This document shows positions 11,031 through 23,770 of a DNA stretch of 64,000 nt, one piece after another (the stretch's first letter is position 1; every line of letters begins with the position of its first letter). A model generated the notes under the pieces. That model was not told the DNA's origin and did not search any database. It was given only the letters and a program-made list of their open reading frames with translations. The position numbers and the translations under genes are program-made. Source of the DNA: Octopus sinensis. Its lineage: Eukaryota. Location: the NCBI RefSeq assembly GCF_006345805.1, contig NC_042997.1, forward strand, positions 16,926,001 to 16,990,000, given 5' to 3'.

Positions 11031-13159
11031 GACACGATGATCTGTCCTTTTGTAATCTTGGATTATACTGTTCTATGTATCTTTTCTATTTTTGAAATAT
11101 ATTGTGAATTGTTGTAAATTTGGTTACCATTTCTAGAATGGTCAAGCAAATGCATATCAATGATTAATGGAGGTGACAGAACAGGAAATGTAGGGTTATG
11201 AGATAAATCCCCAGATGTAGTAATTTCACTTCACATGCCGTTGAGGAAAAACACGACAATTTTCTATATGAAGCCTTTGCTCCTCCTCAAGAGAAACCAG
11301 CATATTTACTAATTATATTGACAGTAGCTAAGAAGCTGATAAGGAAGATCATTATCATAATATTAAGGTAGCAGGCATTGATTTTGTGAAGATACATGAA
11401 TTAAAAACAAAGTATGAAAAGTACATGTAACCTCCTGGTTTTATCTATTATTTCACTAGGATAATCCTTTTAAAGAAAATACCATTAATATTTATGAGGA
11501 GTACATTATTATGGCATTGTGTAAAATTCATCCAATTTTGTGATATTTGTATCTGAAACAAGTGAAGATATTTGTTCAATATCAGGTTTCACAAAAACTG
11601 AAAATAAAATATCTCTAAGATAGCTTTTCCCTTTTTATCCAAACCACATGATATTATATTCAATCACTTTTTCTTTTTACTATATATTTTGTACAGAATT
11701 CCCATGATATTTTCTATTTTAACTTTCTAAATAATCTTTTAAGTGTTAAAGTTAATTTAAATGTTTTAGAGATAGACATAACATGGTCTATTGGAATATA
11801 TTTTATCATAGTTTTGTACCTCACTATACTGAGTTCAAATATTACCAATCAGCAAATCAGAATTAATAAAGCACATCCTAGTAACCATATAAAGACCAAT
11901 TAAATTAATTGTAGTTAATATAAAAGAGAAATTGACTAGCTGAGTCATAAAATATCAATACCATAACAGAATGGTTTGCATGAGCTTTAAATGTAATCCA
12001 TCACTATGGTTATGTACACAGTATTTTGCATGAGGTGAAGGGATAGAGTAGTACCTTCAAGAACACCGTACATGTGTTAGTTGAACACTTTCCAACTTCT
12101 TAAGGTACTTTTCACCATTGTTATTGTTACATTGTGTAACAAACTAGAATATTCTTAGCATAACCAGTGTCTTCATTCTTTTTCCTTTCCATCTTCTTTT
12201 TCCATCATCATCCACCTTATCAATGATAGCGTTTTATTTTTCAGGTTGGCATAGTTTGAATGTGTTTCCACTTTCATTTCATACACATATCATTATCCTT
12301 TATCAATTATTTGATGTGACCTAACTTAATTAATATCGGGTCATCTCTTTATAAAGGTGGCACTCAATATGTTAAAGCACATTTTTTTTATTCTGCAAAG
12401 CATTTGTAGTGCTTTACTAGTTGCATCTGATACTTAAATTTAGTTTGAAAAATTTTTAAAGCAGAGAAATGATACGTGGAAATGAGAAAATTACTATTCA
12501 CCATTTGCTAGACATGAGTTTCCAAACACTATTTAAAGTCACATCTAACAAATTTTCTTCATTGTGGTTCCTTAGCTACTAACTATTATTTGGAGATAAA
12601 GATTGAAGAAGATTCTTGTATGAGATTTATGTACCGATCTTAAGCCTGTATAGAAATAATCAGACATTCAATCCTGGATCCCAGTCCACTTCACATACTA
12701 AGATTGTTTCTTGGAAATGACAATACAACTTTTTTTCTAGGGCTCTTGTAGACTTAAATAAGTAAAAAAAAAAACAGCTCAAATACTTTTTTCAAATTTC
12801 TAATTTGAACTTTCCACTAATATTGGAATGTTCTCCTCTCTGTCACTCATGTTTCTGTTAAGTATTATAGCTTCATATGATCTCTATTTGCAAGTTGTTT
12901 GTTGCATTAACTCAATAATAAATTTTTTGTTTTTTGTTTTTCATTTTCTATTATTTTCTATAAGTAGCTTTTTCTGTTCGTTTCACTCTAGCTTGTATTT
13001 TTTATATTAAAATGCTATTTAAACAAAGCTTTGAAGTGAATTTAATCAATCAAGAGTATGATACAATTCCACAAGGATGATGATGATGATTGATAACAAG
13101 CAATTTATTATTTACAGGAAAAATATCAGTTGTTTTGTTGTTTTTAACCCTATGTAACA

Positions 13160-13330
13160 TCTGACTGAACAAATCTATGATCAAAAGTATTCCAGTTGAC
13201 CATATCACCTTTTTTTGGAAGGATTACATCAGCCAATGTTTTGTTTTTTTAAGACAGTAGAATGTTATTTGAGTGAGATTTGGCTACTAGTTCTACAAGA
13301 ATGAGTGACTTCATAGTGTTTCTCATTGTC
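13160..13330 (+). repeat. Unclassified interspersed repeat family (family D)
   Basis: The motif series tgatcaaaag...ttatttgagtgagatttggct(a/g)ctatttctag recurs, diverged, at ~6830-6980, ~9360-9520 and ~50195-50360. Confidence 0.45.
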
Positions 13331-14639
13331 TTGAAACAACAGTATTATGTTCATGCATTACTCTATATAATTTTCATAGCATTTTTCACAATTTATTAAA
13401 TTGTTTTGAACTACAGGAGTTGTATCTTTTGATGGAATTAAATATTTATGGGAACAGAAATTAAAAACACATAGGAACTTAATTCTAGAATAACCAAATG
13501 TCAATGACTTCAAGCATTCTTCCTCGCTATCTATAATTTACCATGGAGTTCTTAAAAAGTTTTCTTTTTTTTCTTTAATTTAATATGCAAAAATGATATA
13601 ACTATAATCTATAAAAATATATCTGAAATTGAAGACAAAACAAACAAATGTTATTCTTTAGTTTATTATCTTTTCCATCTCATTAATGGTAGAGAAATTC
13701 TGTGAACTGAGGAAACTGTTCCAGTTGTAAAATATTACCATTTCTTTTCCATTGCTGAATGATTCAATTATATGAAAACTTTTCAGCCCTTTTCATTTAG
13801 CTTTTCAATAAATGTGGACAAATATCTACTCAAATGAGACCAGATTAAAAAAGAAAAATTTGAAAAATCATCATAATAAAGTTGTTTAATGTATGAATAA
13901 TGAAATTATTTTTACCATTTCTATCAGTACCCCTGACATTTTCTTTTGATGTGAAGATGCCTATTTCTCTTAGTTCTTTTCAACAAGGTTTGAATGTGTT
14001 TCCAAATTCATGCAATAGGTTAGATTGCCAATGAGAGAGGTTGATCTGATTTCTAATATCAAATTATTCAGAATAGGAAATATACAATTTCTAACCGAAT
14101 AAAATATTTAACTAATTAGTATTATTAACTTTGCTCATAGAGCAAATGAAAATGTGAGATTTACACTCTGAAATTAGGATTCAAATTTATTTTGGAAGAG
14201 AAATTTACAATGGAAAATTTGATTTTGAAACAAAAAATCCTCTTTAGTTTTAGACATATATGAATAATATTTTTACATACTTAAAAATATTTCTAATTAT
14301 TTTCTTCTCAGAAAACTAAAATAAAGAATTTATCATTTGGAATACTCTGAGCTGGTCTTTTTTGTTTCTGTAATTTAGTTTGTTTATTCTGTTGATCAAC
14401 ATATTAGCAACTGGTGAGTCATGAATTTTTTTCCCTTCTTCTTAAATAATTTATTACCAATACAAAATGAGTCAAAAAGGGGAACCTGTATGTGATTCAT
14501 TGACCTGCTATACATAGTAGTCATACTTCCCTCAAATAAGCATCTACTGTCATGAATAAAAGATAGATGTTTTCAGTAATGTACTTTTATATATATATAC
14601 GTTCATGGATGGAATACATTTGATCATATATCTGCTTGA

Positions 14640-15112
14640 TCATGGATAGCTTAAGGCTAAACAGCAACTACAATAATAACAACTATTAGGACAAACTCTG
14701 TTACAACATTGGGAATAGCTAGCAAGCTAAACTTTAGATTTTGCTCTGTTTAGTTTTTAGTTGAAGCTGTTATTTCAAATGTAAAAAGAAAATTTTGTTA
14801 TTTTCCCATCAATTCTTTTCAATCAAATTTGTTATTCATATGGAATTTCAAGAATTTTCTTAACTTTCCATCATCTTTCATTTAATTTGAAAAATGTGTT
14901 GTTGTTTTTATATGATTTTGATATTGTAGAGAACCATATCAATTTGGCAAGAGAAACAGTGCTATTCCCTGTGTAGTCTTTAGTTGTCAATCAATTGTTT
15001 ATATGTGAGTATTGAATGTTGGAAATGGAAAGTAAATGAATGAACTTAGTTAAAAGAATGGAATTTCTTCCAATATGTTACACTAAATGACAGTACATCA
15101 CTGTGCCACAAC
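14640..15112. repeat. Dispersed repeat, copy 1 (copy 2 at 20448-20903)
   Basis: Co-linear, same-orientation similarity. Both copies share ttttagttgaagctgttatttcaaatgtaaa, ttgttattttcccatcaattcttttcaatc and gaatttcttccaatatg; identity is roughly 80% by eye. Confidence 0.85.
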
Positions 15113-15360
15113 ATTATGTTTTATATGAAGAAAATGATGTGTTTGCAAGGGAGAGAGAGAGAGATCTTGCTTACATATATGCAGGTGTATCTACACAAAC
15201 ACACAAATAGATAGAGAGAAAGGAAGAGAGAGAGAGAGAGAGCCATATCAATATATATATGTTTATGTGTAGGTATATCAATTGCTCAATTTATGGGGGT
15301 TTTACTAGACTAGCATGGGCTAGACAAATATGCACATACATATGCACATATGCACAGCTG

Positions 15361-15680
15361 TTAAGGCAAAGAAACAGAACAGTAGACAAAGCCGTTAGGG
15401 CAAAGAAACAGAACGGTAGACAAAGCCGTTAGGGCAAAGAAAGAGGCCTGGAAAGCCTGGAAGGATGGTGGTAGCAGGGAACAGTACCAGGTAGCCAGAA
15501 GGGAGGCTGGGCGGCAGGTATACATAGCCAAGAGTGAAGCGGAAAAGAAGAAGTTTGCCAATGTCCAGAGACATGAGGACCAAAGAACTGAGGTATTTCG
15601 GATTGCAAGACAGTGTGTGAGAGAAAATTGTGATGTCACAGGAGAGAAATGTGTTCGAATGGATAATGGTGTAGCTTCCA
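15361..15680 (+). mobile_element. RTE LINE ORF2 fragment (region between endonuclease and RT)
   Basis: Open stretch VDKAVRAKKEAWKAWKDGGSREQYQVARREAGRQVYIAKSEAEKKKFANVQRHEDQRTEVFRIARQCVRENCDVTGEKCVRMDNG, typical of the RTE linker (cf. AIKEKKEAFKKWK...YRIAKQ..RE..DV...KC). It begins with a 34-bp tandem duplication. Confidence 0.8.
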
Positions 15681-15699
15681 CCATTTCTTCCTGCTAACT

Positions 15700-16300
15700 C
15701 TGTCATACTGGGTTGCAGCTGTACTTTTGAGTCTGGCTTGCCTGGTATCACGCTATCAAGAAAATAGTGTTTTCCATTTCCTTCTTGTTTTTACTGAAAT
15801 CCCTGCACCTGGTGCTTTAGTGTCCCTTAAACTGATGTACTTGAAGTGTTCTCCTACCTGTGCTACCACGATTTAACTCCCTGACACAGGGAAGTCTGAG
15901 CTTGCTGCACTGCTTTTGTACAGCTCAATACCATTTTAGTTGTGTGGTAAACCTAGTCATCTGCAAAGGTAGCTGATCAACAGATGCTCCAAATATCCTG
16001 CTACTGTCATAGAAAACTTCATAGATGAACAGTTACCAGTGGAATCTGAAGAGGATCCTTTTTTGGTAGGGCCAAGCCTTGAATATTCTTGGTAACTCAA
16101 ATTTGACTACAGCTTTCAACCAGCCTTCCTAGTCAATTCTGGTTTTCTCGATAGAGTTGGTGTCCTTCAGACTGCAATTGAAAATCTTTTTGAAACTCAG
16201 CACTTCCTGATCCACTGCTTGTATCATCTCTTGCTTCTTGAGAGCTCTGCCCTGACACTATCATCTTACCTTTTCCCAGATACTCCTATCCATTCTCATT
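15700..16300 (-). mobile_element. Possible highly decayed non-LTR reverse transcriptase remnant
   Basis: The minus strand gives LPKKDPLQIPLV (weakly like G.PQGDPLSP), FADD at 15957-15968 and HFKY at ~15835-15845, in RT motif order. There are many stops and the spacing is imperfect. Confidence 0.3.
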
Positions 16301-16449
16301 TAAATGGGAAGCAGCCATGTATCTTCTCTACCTCTGCTTGTCTCTGGCATAAATAATCACCTTTTTGCCCTCTCAAATACTACTCCCACTTATCTGAGAG
16401 GGCTTTTCCCTCTTTTGCCTTTTTCTTGATTTTTTGTTCCTTGTATGTT

Positions 16450-16650
16450 ACTTGGCAACCCGACTAGTGCTAGTGGCGCAAAGAAAAGCATACAGTACAC
16501 ACTGTAATGGGGTTGGTGTTAGGAAGGGCATCCAGTTATAAAAAGCTTGCTAAAGCAGACATGGTGCTCAATGAAGTCCTGGCTCATTAAATCTTGTCAA
16601 ACTGTCCAACTCATGCAAGCATGGAAAATGGACATTAAATGATGATGAAG
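16450..16650 (+). mobile_element. RTE-type 3' tail (old copy)
   Basis: tacacactgtaatggggttggtgttaggaagggcatccag...ccaactcatgcaagcatggaaaatggacattaaatgatgatg. Confidence 0.75.
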
Positions 16651-16679
16651 GTCACACACACACACACACTTATATATCA

Positions 16680-17272
16680 TCATCATCATCATCATCATCA
16701 TTTAACGTCCGCTTTCCATGCTAGCATGGGTTGGACGGTTCAACTGGGGTCTGGGGAGCCCGAAAGCTGCACCAGTCCAGTCAGATCTGGCAGTGTTTCT
16801 ACAGCTGGATGCCCTTCCTAACGCCAACCACTCCGAGAGTGTAGTGGGTGATTTTATGTGCCACCGACACAGGTGCCAGACGAGGCTGGCAAACGGCCAC
16901 GCTCGGATGGTGTTTTTTATGTGCCACCGACACAGGTGCCAGACGAGGCTGGCAGACGGCCACACTCGGATGGTGTTTTTATGTGCCACCGACACAGGTG
17001 CCAGATGAGGCTGGCAAACGGCCACGATCGGATGGTGCTTGTTACGTGCCCACAGCACGGAGGCCAGTCGATGCGGTACTGGCTACGGCCACATTCGGAT
17101 GGTTTTCTTGTGTGTCACGTGCCACCGGCACTGGTACCACAAAGATACAAATTCCATTGATGTTCATCTATTTTGATTTGTTTTGATTTTTTTTGATTTT
17201 CACTTGCCTCAACAGGTCTTCACAAGTGTCACAAGAAGGAAGGTATGCACAGGTGGACTGACTACGTCCCAG
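16680..17272 (-). mobile_element. Young 5'-truncated RTE LINE 3' end / 3' UTR
   Basis: CpG-rich. On the minus strand it ends ...ccaacccatgctagcatggaaagcggacgttaaa(tga)n. Its 5' part (gaagacctgttgaggcaagtgaaaatc) resembles the post-ORF2 segment of the RTE at 23710-23770. Confidence 0.8.
16856..17140. repeat. 62-63-bp tandem repeat (3 near-identical units plus ~1.5 diverged units) inside the RTE 3' UTR
   Basis: The unit atgtgccaccgacacaggtgccagacgaggctggcaaacggccacgctcggatggtgtttttt starts at 16856, 16919 and 16981. It explains the repetitive ORFs 16702-17186. Confidence 0.92.
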
Positions 17273-17409
17273 GTATATATATATATACTCTTTTAGTTTT
17301 TTACTAGTTTCAGCTCGAGAGCTGTGGCCATACTGGGGCATCATTGTTAATTTTTCTACACTTTCATTTACTTAAAAATCTCCCCTGATATTTGACATTT
17401 GGTGAATAA

Positions 17410-17790
17410 GGGACTTTGATATTGCTGCCATCATTTGCATTTCTTGCCATAAGTTAAATTCATCTGGAACTCTTCACAGCTGGAGATCCAGTGTTGTTTT
17501 GACGACACCTATATCTACCCCATGCTTTTAGGGAGGGTACTGAAGAGTGGTGAGCCCTTGAAACCCAGGCTGTATCTTCATGGTGATGTTAAATCTTTGG
17601 CACTATGCAGTGGTGCCTCATTCTGGTGTTTGTGTAGCTTTCACTACCAAAGTTTGGTACAAGTCTTTCCATGATTTTCCAGATGTATATCACTGAATGT
17701 CTTTTCTGCCTTTGTTTTAGGGAGATGAGTCTTAATTTCTTCAGCCTTTCCAAGTAGCTGACCTGTCACATTGAGAGAGTCTTCTGTGTG
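17410..17790 (-). mobile_element. CR1-like LINE ORF2 C-terminal fragment
   Basis: Minus translation SYLERLKKLRLISLKQRQKRHSVIYIWKIMERLVPNFGSESYTNTRMRHHCIVPKI (cf. SYWERLK.LKLYSLERRRERY.IIY.WKI). It is the same family as 46100-46900. Confidence 0.75.
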
Positions 17791-17889
17791 TATCTATACG
17801 TATATATATATATATATATATATCCCTCACTATACTGAATAGTATATATATAGTACCAAGCTCTTACCTATTTATCGTTCTCTCACCAG

Positions 17890-18200
17890 AATGCATTATT
17901 TATTTCTCCTCTTGGTATTTGCACAACTTTGGAACTGCTAGCATTCACTTATGGAGTATTGCATAAGCATTCTTTCCTTCCTCTTACCATGGTGTACGAT
18001 CTGACCATCCTTTCTGATCATGGATTCATCTAAAGAATACTTGATCTAACTACATCGGACCCTCCCACACTCTTGGGCATAATGAACCACAACAAATATC
18101 ATTGATGAGGAACATTCTTCCACTGTCTAACTTATAACTCTCCAATGACAGAATACCCAACTTATAGAATCTTCGCTCAATACTAAGCCCCAATAGCAGG
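17890..18200 (-). mobile_element. Second, older CR1/L2-like LINE C-terminal remnant
   Basis: Minus translation GLSIERRFYKLGILSLESYKLDSGRMFLI (cf. GLSYEERL.KLGL.SLERRRLRGDLI). Confidence 0.4.
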
Positions 18201-19159
18201 GATATCCCAGAAACAGCTGTCATAGATTATTTTTTTTTACCATTTGTTATGTAGCTAAATTAGATTGAATTAAATTAAATTAAACGTCCATATGATGTTT
18301 TGTCTAATTGTTTGCCTTTCCTCACTACTTTAACATACATATATACGTTTATAAATATATATATATATATATGAAAATAGTTATATATAAACTATCAGTA
18401 TTATTTTTTCAAATGTAAACTTTGCAAAAATAGGCAATATTTATAGCTCAAACGCAGATAGATTCACATATTCTATGTAACTTTCTTTTGCATGCATAAA
18501 TACTTGCATAGGTATCATCATCGTTGTTTAACGTCCACTTTCCATGATGGCTATTATATATACAACTACAAACAGGCACACACATGTATACATTGATACA
18601 CACACACTTACACACATATGCATGCCCACGCACACACACACACACTTGTGTACGCTCAACTACACATCTATCTATCTTTCTAGGTCTCTCTCTTTCTCTG
18701 TCTATCTATCTATATGTATGTAAACATATCAATAACATTTGTCTTGTATGAAGATCAGAAATGATAACTCTACGGCTTGCCTTGCTAGTAAACTCCTCAA
18801 CCAGCTAGTTTGCACTCATATATACATATTGTGTGTATGCATGTGTGTGTATGTGTAGAAAAATATATGTGTGTGTGTATATATATATATATATATGCAT
18901 ATGTGTGTCTATATAACACACACATACACACACACACACACACACACAAAGGTATGATTATAAATGCACACAATACACATGTATGTACATATATTTATAT
19001 GAGCAACATGATTGCTGCCATCACCGTCAACAATATCATCATCATCATCATCATTTTATGCAAGCTTTCCATGGTGGTATATAAATATATATAAATATAT
19101 ATATACATATATATACACACACACACATATATGATATATATATATATATGCGTATGTAA

Positions 19160-19196
<37 letters not shown>

Positions 19197-19233
19197 CACA
19201 CATATATGATATATATATATGCGTATGTAAGTT

Positions 19234-19265
<32 letters not shown>

Positions 19266-19676
19266 TTCATACATATACACTTTAACATATGGACATGCAT
19301 ACACACATATGTTTGTGCCCACACATGTGTGTATTAATATATATGTATCCTAGAGTTGTATGAAACAATTGCATACTTTAGGTTAAAAGCAACCATAAAA
19401 CGACAAGCTAGGGCTTTTACAGCCATAAAGATGTGACATTTGTGTTATTCGCCTTCTAGATTGGCTACGAACCGAAGCTAATATGCGTAGTCTGACTATT
19501 GTTGCTGTTTCTGATAAGTTCAGAATTCCTGTTTGAAGTAGCTCTGTTAACTGCTACATCAAAAGCAAACTCTCTTTTACTTTTTCTTTCTGTCTTTCTC
19601 TTTCATACACAGAGAGAGAGAGAGAGAGAGAGAGTTAGATTGAGAGATAAATAAATATATATATGCATGCATATAC

Positions 19677-19713
<37 letters not shown>

Positions 19714-20447
19714 TCTGTGTGTGTGAATATTTATGTGTGCATGGTTGTGTATCTGTGAGCATATATATATATGTAATTAAAAATGTGAGTGATACATCTG
19801 ATAAATATGTATATTTGTGTGTGCCTGTATACAGGTGCATTAGATGCTTCGCTGTACAGGAGTCTGAACAGGCTATTTTGCACAAACTAAATGGTGATAA
19901 ACATATGCATTGCATTAAAAACACATGGTTGCACATCAGAGCATGGAGGTATAATGTTACATTTGCAAATGCGAGTCGACCACTAGCACAACCTGTTACT
20001 GAATACAGCATAAAGACAAGCTTTCTTACTCTACACTCAAAGAACATTTTCATTAGTGGCTCTTCCTACTTTATCAACAATAAACTATCTCTGAGTTAAC
20101 AAGGCAACATTTATACAGTTGTGTGAAATAGTAGCCAAATCTGTTTCAAATCACATACTTTTTGTCCTAAAAACAGTAAGGATATATTGGTTAATGTAGT
20201 GCTATATATTTTTTCTTCTTTGTATGTAATTTATAAGGGATAGACCATGACACTAAAAGAATGCTGTGCTGGACCAATCCTCTTCATTACTGGTCTCTAT
20301 TTGTGGTAAGGTCAATAGCTTCAGTGATTGTAATATTACATTTAGTTAGACCCTCATTAACTTACCTTATTTGTTGAGGTGTTGAAACACGTTTGAAACT
20401 TAAGAGTGGCCAATATTAGATATTTTTTCTCGGTCTTAGGAGAGAAA

Positions 20448-20903
20448 TGGTTATGAGTAACCTAAGGTTAAATAACTACAATAACTTGGGAATTGAAAGC
20501 AAGCTAAATTTTACGTTTTGTACTGTTTACTTTTTAGTTGAAGCTGTTATTTCAAATGTAAATAGAAAACTTTGTTATTTTCCCATCAATTCTTTTCAAT
20601 CCCATTTGTTATTGATATAGAATTTCGAAAATTTTCTTACTTTCCATCATCTTTCATCTAACTTGACATATGTATTGTTATTTTAATATGATTTTCATGC
20701 TGTTTCTGTTACTTGTAGAGAGTCATATCAATCTGGCATGAGAAGCAATGCTATTCCCTGCTCACTCTTTAATCATCAATCAATTGTCTATATGTGTGTA
20801 TTGAATATTGGAAATATAAAAGAAATGAATGAATGCAGTCAAAAGAATAGAATTTCTTCCAATATGCAACACTTAATGGCAGTACATTACTGAACTACAA
20901 CAT
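20448..20903. repeat. Dispersed repeat, copy 2 (of 14640-15112)
   Basis: See copy 1. Confidence 0.85.
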
Positions 20904-22149
20904 CAGGTCCCAGATACATTTAAAAAAAGAAAACTAATGAAAAATAAAAATAACGATGGTGCAATGGTTGCAACTTCAGTATCTTTGATTGATCATATGT
21001 CTTCTAGAATAGGAACTGATGTGGGGACTGAATGACAGTAGCAATTAAGCCATCAGGCCATGTTATTTAGTTTTCATCACAAAGTTTCCATATTGGTTTT
21101 GTATTAACCATATTTACTTGGAATTTGCATGTTTGTATTATGAAAACATTCTTTCATTCTTTTACTTGTTTCTGTCATTGGTCTGTGACTGATAATGCAC
21201 CGTTGTGAAGAAGTTCGTTTTAGAGACATGTGGTTCCAGATTCAGTCTCACTGTGTGGGACATTGGGCAAGTGTCTTCCAATCGAGCCCTGGGATAATCA
21301 CTACCTTGTGAGATCTACTATAGATATAAAAGATCAGGTTGCTAAGTTTGCTACTATAAGATGTATGATGAGTAATTCTCTAATATGCAGTGTTGGGCTA
21401 AAATCAGCATATGGACAACTGTTTAAAAGATGGACACACTAGTAGTATTCAAAACATGGGCAAGACATGCACAAAACTGCACCTCAGTGGATGCTTTTAG
21501 ACTTGTAAAGTTATTTAATTAAATTACAATAAGGTACTTCTTTCAAGGATGCATTTTGCTTTGTGTTACATAGTCTGGGATGTTAACCCCATCTTAACTA
21601 CTTATAGTAGACCATGTAATTTACCAAAATATATCAGTAGCCACAAAACACAATGCGATATAATCACCAACATGAACATGTTTTATTAGGTGACATGTTA
21701 TATCATATCGATCCTGCCTATCTATATTTAAGTTTTCAATACAATGTGATTGAAAGTTAGTTTGATTACAAGGTATTTTGCTGTTGTTCACTTGGCTGGT
21801 GTCAATTTTTGAAGCAAAATTAGAGTATCATAAAAATATCTGTCTGAATTATTGAATTGTGCTGACATTTACCACTAGTTCAGGTAATAATAGACACAAA
21901 ATTATTTATTTGAGGAATTCTTAAGAAAAGATTTTCCATTACTGTATTTATTGTTAACTTCATTTGTTATTGCTTTCGTTATCTTCGACAAGTTTGGATC
22001 AAAATAATCCTTAGTTATATTTGGTAGTTATGGTTTGTTCTGCTTCTTTTGTATATGACTGCATAAGCCACAACTTGACAAATTCATTAGTTTGCACACA
22101 TATATGTCTATGAGAAATATATATACATATACGTGTGTGTGTGTATTAG

Positions 22150-22195
<46 letters not shown>

Positions 22196-22794
22196 CAATA
22201 ACACAAATATATACCTACTTACATATGTATATACATACATATATATACGCATGCACATACATACATAAATGCAGAAGGAAGATAAGAATGACCCTTTTGC
22301 TAGATATATTTTCAGAGAAGTTCTTGGTGGTGATGTTTATAAGAAGGAAGAGTAGAAATAGACCTATAATCTAGATGTATTTCTCAACCTACTATTAGCC
22401 ACAGGCCACAACTGTAGTTGGAACAAGACTAAATAGAAAGTGAAATTATGATGAAATAGTACTTTACATAGAGACATCAATATGAAAGAACAAGTCTGGA
22501 AAGGACAGAAGAAATGAGGGAACAGGGTATAATATCAGACAGATAGGTATGTGTAGCAAGAAAAAAGTAAGAGGTTTGGAAATTTTTTATGAAGTGAATA
22601 TCAGTGGAGTAAGATGTTCTGGATACAAAGTAACATGTCAATATGAATCAAGATGTTCTTGACGAAAAGTATTTCTGGAAACGAAATAATACTATGAGAG
22701 GTTGCAGAATGTAAAGAATGTTTGAGAGGAAAAAAGACACTGCCAAAAGAATGACTGAATTTGAAAATTGATAGATATATAAACAAAATTCGGA

Positions 22795-23770
22795 TTATGA
22801 CTATGAAGCTCCTCTATGCTGATGACCTTGCTCTTATTGCTGAATCACTACCAGAAATAGAGAAGCAATTTCAGGTGTGGAAGCAAGGTTGAAATTAAAG
22901 AGCCTTAGAATTAATTTAGCAAAGACCAAAGTCCAAGTACGTAAGAAAAGTCAACTCACTGATCCCTACAAGGAAATTGCCCTGGTCAAGATGTAGAAAT
23001 GGTGTCAGGAGAAACTCCATGCAGTGTACCCAGTGCAAGCTATGGACACATAAGTGATGCAGTGGTATCACAGGAAGATTAACAGGGAAAGCAGTCATTG
23101 TGTGTGGCAGATGTGTAGGTACATTAAACACTAAGAATGTACAGAAAGTACAATCATTCAAATGTCTGGGGAATCCTTAGATGTAGAAGATAGTTTCTAT
23201 TACTTAGATAGCTAAGTTAGCAGTGGAGAAGGTAGTTCTGAAAGCATGGTTGCTAGAATAAGAATGAGCTAGGCAAAGTTCAGAGAGCAATTACCTTTGT
23301 TAGTAACAAAAGGCCTCTCTCTTAGAGTGAAAGGAAGCTTGTATGATGTTGCATATAAACAGCTATGCTACATGGCAGTGAGACACGAGCTGTGACTGTG
23401 GAGAAGATGTAAAGGCTTGAAAGAAATTAAGTCAATATGCTCCACTGAACAGGTAATGTCAGTGTGCATGTAAGACAGAGCGTAAGTGGTTTGGGAGAAA
23501 AATTGGATATACGAAGCATCAGATGTAGTGTGCAATAGAGAAGACTGAGTTGATATGGTCATGTGATGCATATGGATAGGGACAACTGCATCAAGAAGTA
23601 CTGATCTCTAATTGTCATGGAAATGTGTGGAAAAGATCGACCCTGAAAGACATGGGATGAAGTGGTGAGAAAGGACCTTCAAACTTTGGGCCTCACAGAG
23701 ATGACAAAGGACCGAGACTTCTAGTGGTTTGCTGTGCTTGAGGAGGCATGTCAAGCTAAGTAAAATTGTG
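22795..23770 (+). mobile_element. RTE LINE RT/C-terminal fragment with internal PHD-like finger
   Basis: KLLYADDLALIAESLPEIEKQFQVWKQG (YADD at 22815); LRINLAKTKV; a Cys/His cluster at 22983-23114; VEDSFYYLD (cf. FCYLG); ARIRMS*AKFREQLPLLVTKGLSLRVKGSLYD; then RT thumb and C-terminus. There are many stops and frameshifts. Confidence 0.9.

Noticed and set aside
16856-17140. Regularly spaced repeats resembling a CRISPR array
   Set aside because: The units are contiguous tandem copies with no unique spacers, there are no cas genes, and the context is a eukaryotic LINE 3' UTR.
19117-19262. 71-bp higher-order duplication within a TA/CA microsatellite (gcgtatgtaa at 19150 and 19221)
   Set aside because: Ordinary slippage product in simple repeats; no further structure.
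20366-20434. 69-nt minus-strand candidate exon with AAG|gtaagt donor (TEKKYLILATLKFQTCFNTSTNK)
   Set aside because: Phase 0-0 is incompatible with direct splicing from the phase-1 Ig exon, the acceptor borders a repeat, and such sites are expected by chance.
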